DNA of 35,102 nucleotides from a virus: UHGV virus genome UHGV-0089682; one strand, 5' to 3'. Shown piece by piece: positions 34,702 to 35,102 of this stretch (position 1 is its first letter; each line of letters starts with the position of its first letter). The notes under the pieces were generated by a model. It saw only the letters and a program-made list of their open reading frames with translations, ran no database searches and was not told where the DNA came from. The position numbers and the translations under genes were made by a program.

Positions 34702-35101
34702 GCACCATCTCTATCATGGGGTGGTGCTGTAAGCGTACGTAGAGATCATATGAATCATCCTAGGGGAATATTACCCAATTAAATAGTAATGCATGATTAC
34801 TATCATACAGCTTATAGTTAGTTTGATTATGTGAGCATTTTGGCAGTTTCAAAATGCTTTTAAAAAGATTTTAAGGGTAGGTTCGCAGTATCAAATGTGT
34901 TGCCGATTTTTGAGTTCGTGGCCATTTCTTGAGTAGTTGGTATCAAAAAGAGTTTTCCATCAGAATCATGCATCACCTGTTTTATTTCAGTATGTTGCAG
35001 GTGATTTCACCTCCTTTCACTAAAACCTCTGTCAGTATCAAATGATTCACCTGGTTATAAGCTCGACGACCTGTTTGCCCGTAGCCAGGTGAAATAAAAC
35101 A
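34702..35101. other. Putative left end (attL) of the prophage with short repeated motifs
   Basis: AT-rich non-coding 400 bp; window ends ...ccaggtgaaataaaaca-c, so the phage strand would begin 5'-TGTTTTATTTCACCTGG. Motifs cacctg / caggtg and ttttatttc / gaaataaaa recur at 34975-35000 and 35040-35101. Confidence 0.4.
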
Positions 35102-35102
35102 C

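Larger units (their letters stand above)
1..35102 (-). mobile_element. Mu-like transposable prophage (near-complete; right end apparently beyond window start)
   Basis: Collinear Mu gene order on minus strand: c / ner / A (DDE transposase) / B (Walker-A ATPase) / gam / gemA / mor / lys / terminase / portal / F / G / I / T / sheath / tube / tape measure / baseplate / tail fibre / gin. Window length is close to a Mu genome (~37 kb). Confidence 0.85.

Overview
The window is almost entirely a Mu-like transposable prophage, lying in reverse orientation (phage-forward = minus strand). All calls are from reading the sequence and six-frame translations; no database search was run. From the high-coordinate end: repressor c (+ strand), operator region, then ner, transposase A (DDE) and ATPase B on the minus strand; an AT-rich early 'accessory' region (about 25.6-30.6 kb) with many small unknown ORFs plus recognisable Gam and GemA; one Mor/C-family activator; a lysis cassette (SAR-type endolysin with E-8x-D-5x-T triad, overlapping spanins, TraR/DksA-like zinc finger); terminase, portal, F, G, protease/scaffold, major capsid; sheath, tube, frameshift-type chaperone pair, tape measure, baseplate genes; and a Gin-type invertible tail-fibre segment. 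The most interesting points are: (1) the invertible segment is asymmetric, with one tail-fibre assembly gene serving two alternative fibre tips; (2) an operon-like AT-rich cassette of four small genes, two of them membrane proteins, sits in the early region; (3) two tandem small paralogs lie just upstream of gam; (4) a micro-ORF between the terminase subunits duplicates the small-subunit C-terminus; (5) the mom position is occupied by an unrelated-looking gene that runs off the window start. The probable left phage end (TG...CA convention) is at about 35101; the right end appears to lie beyond position 1. Exact starts of several genes are uncertain.
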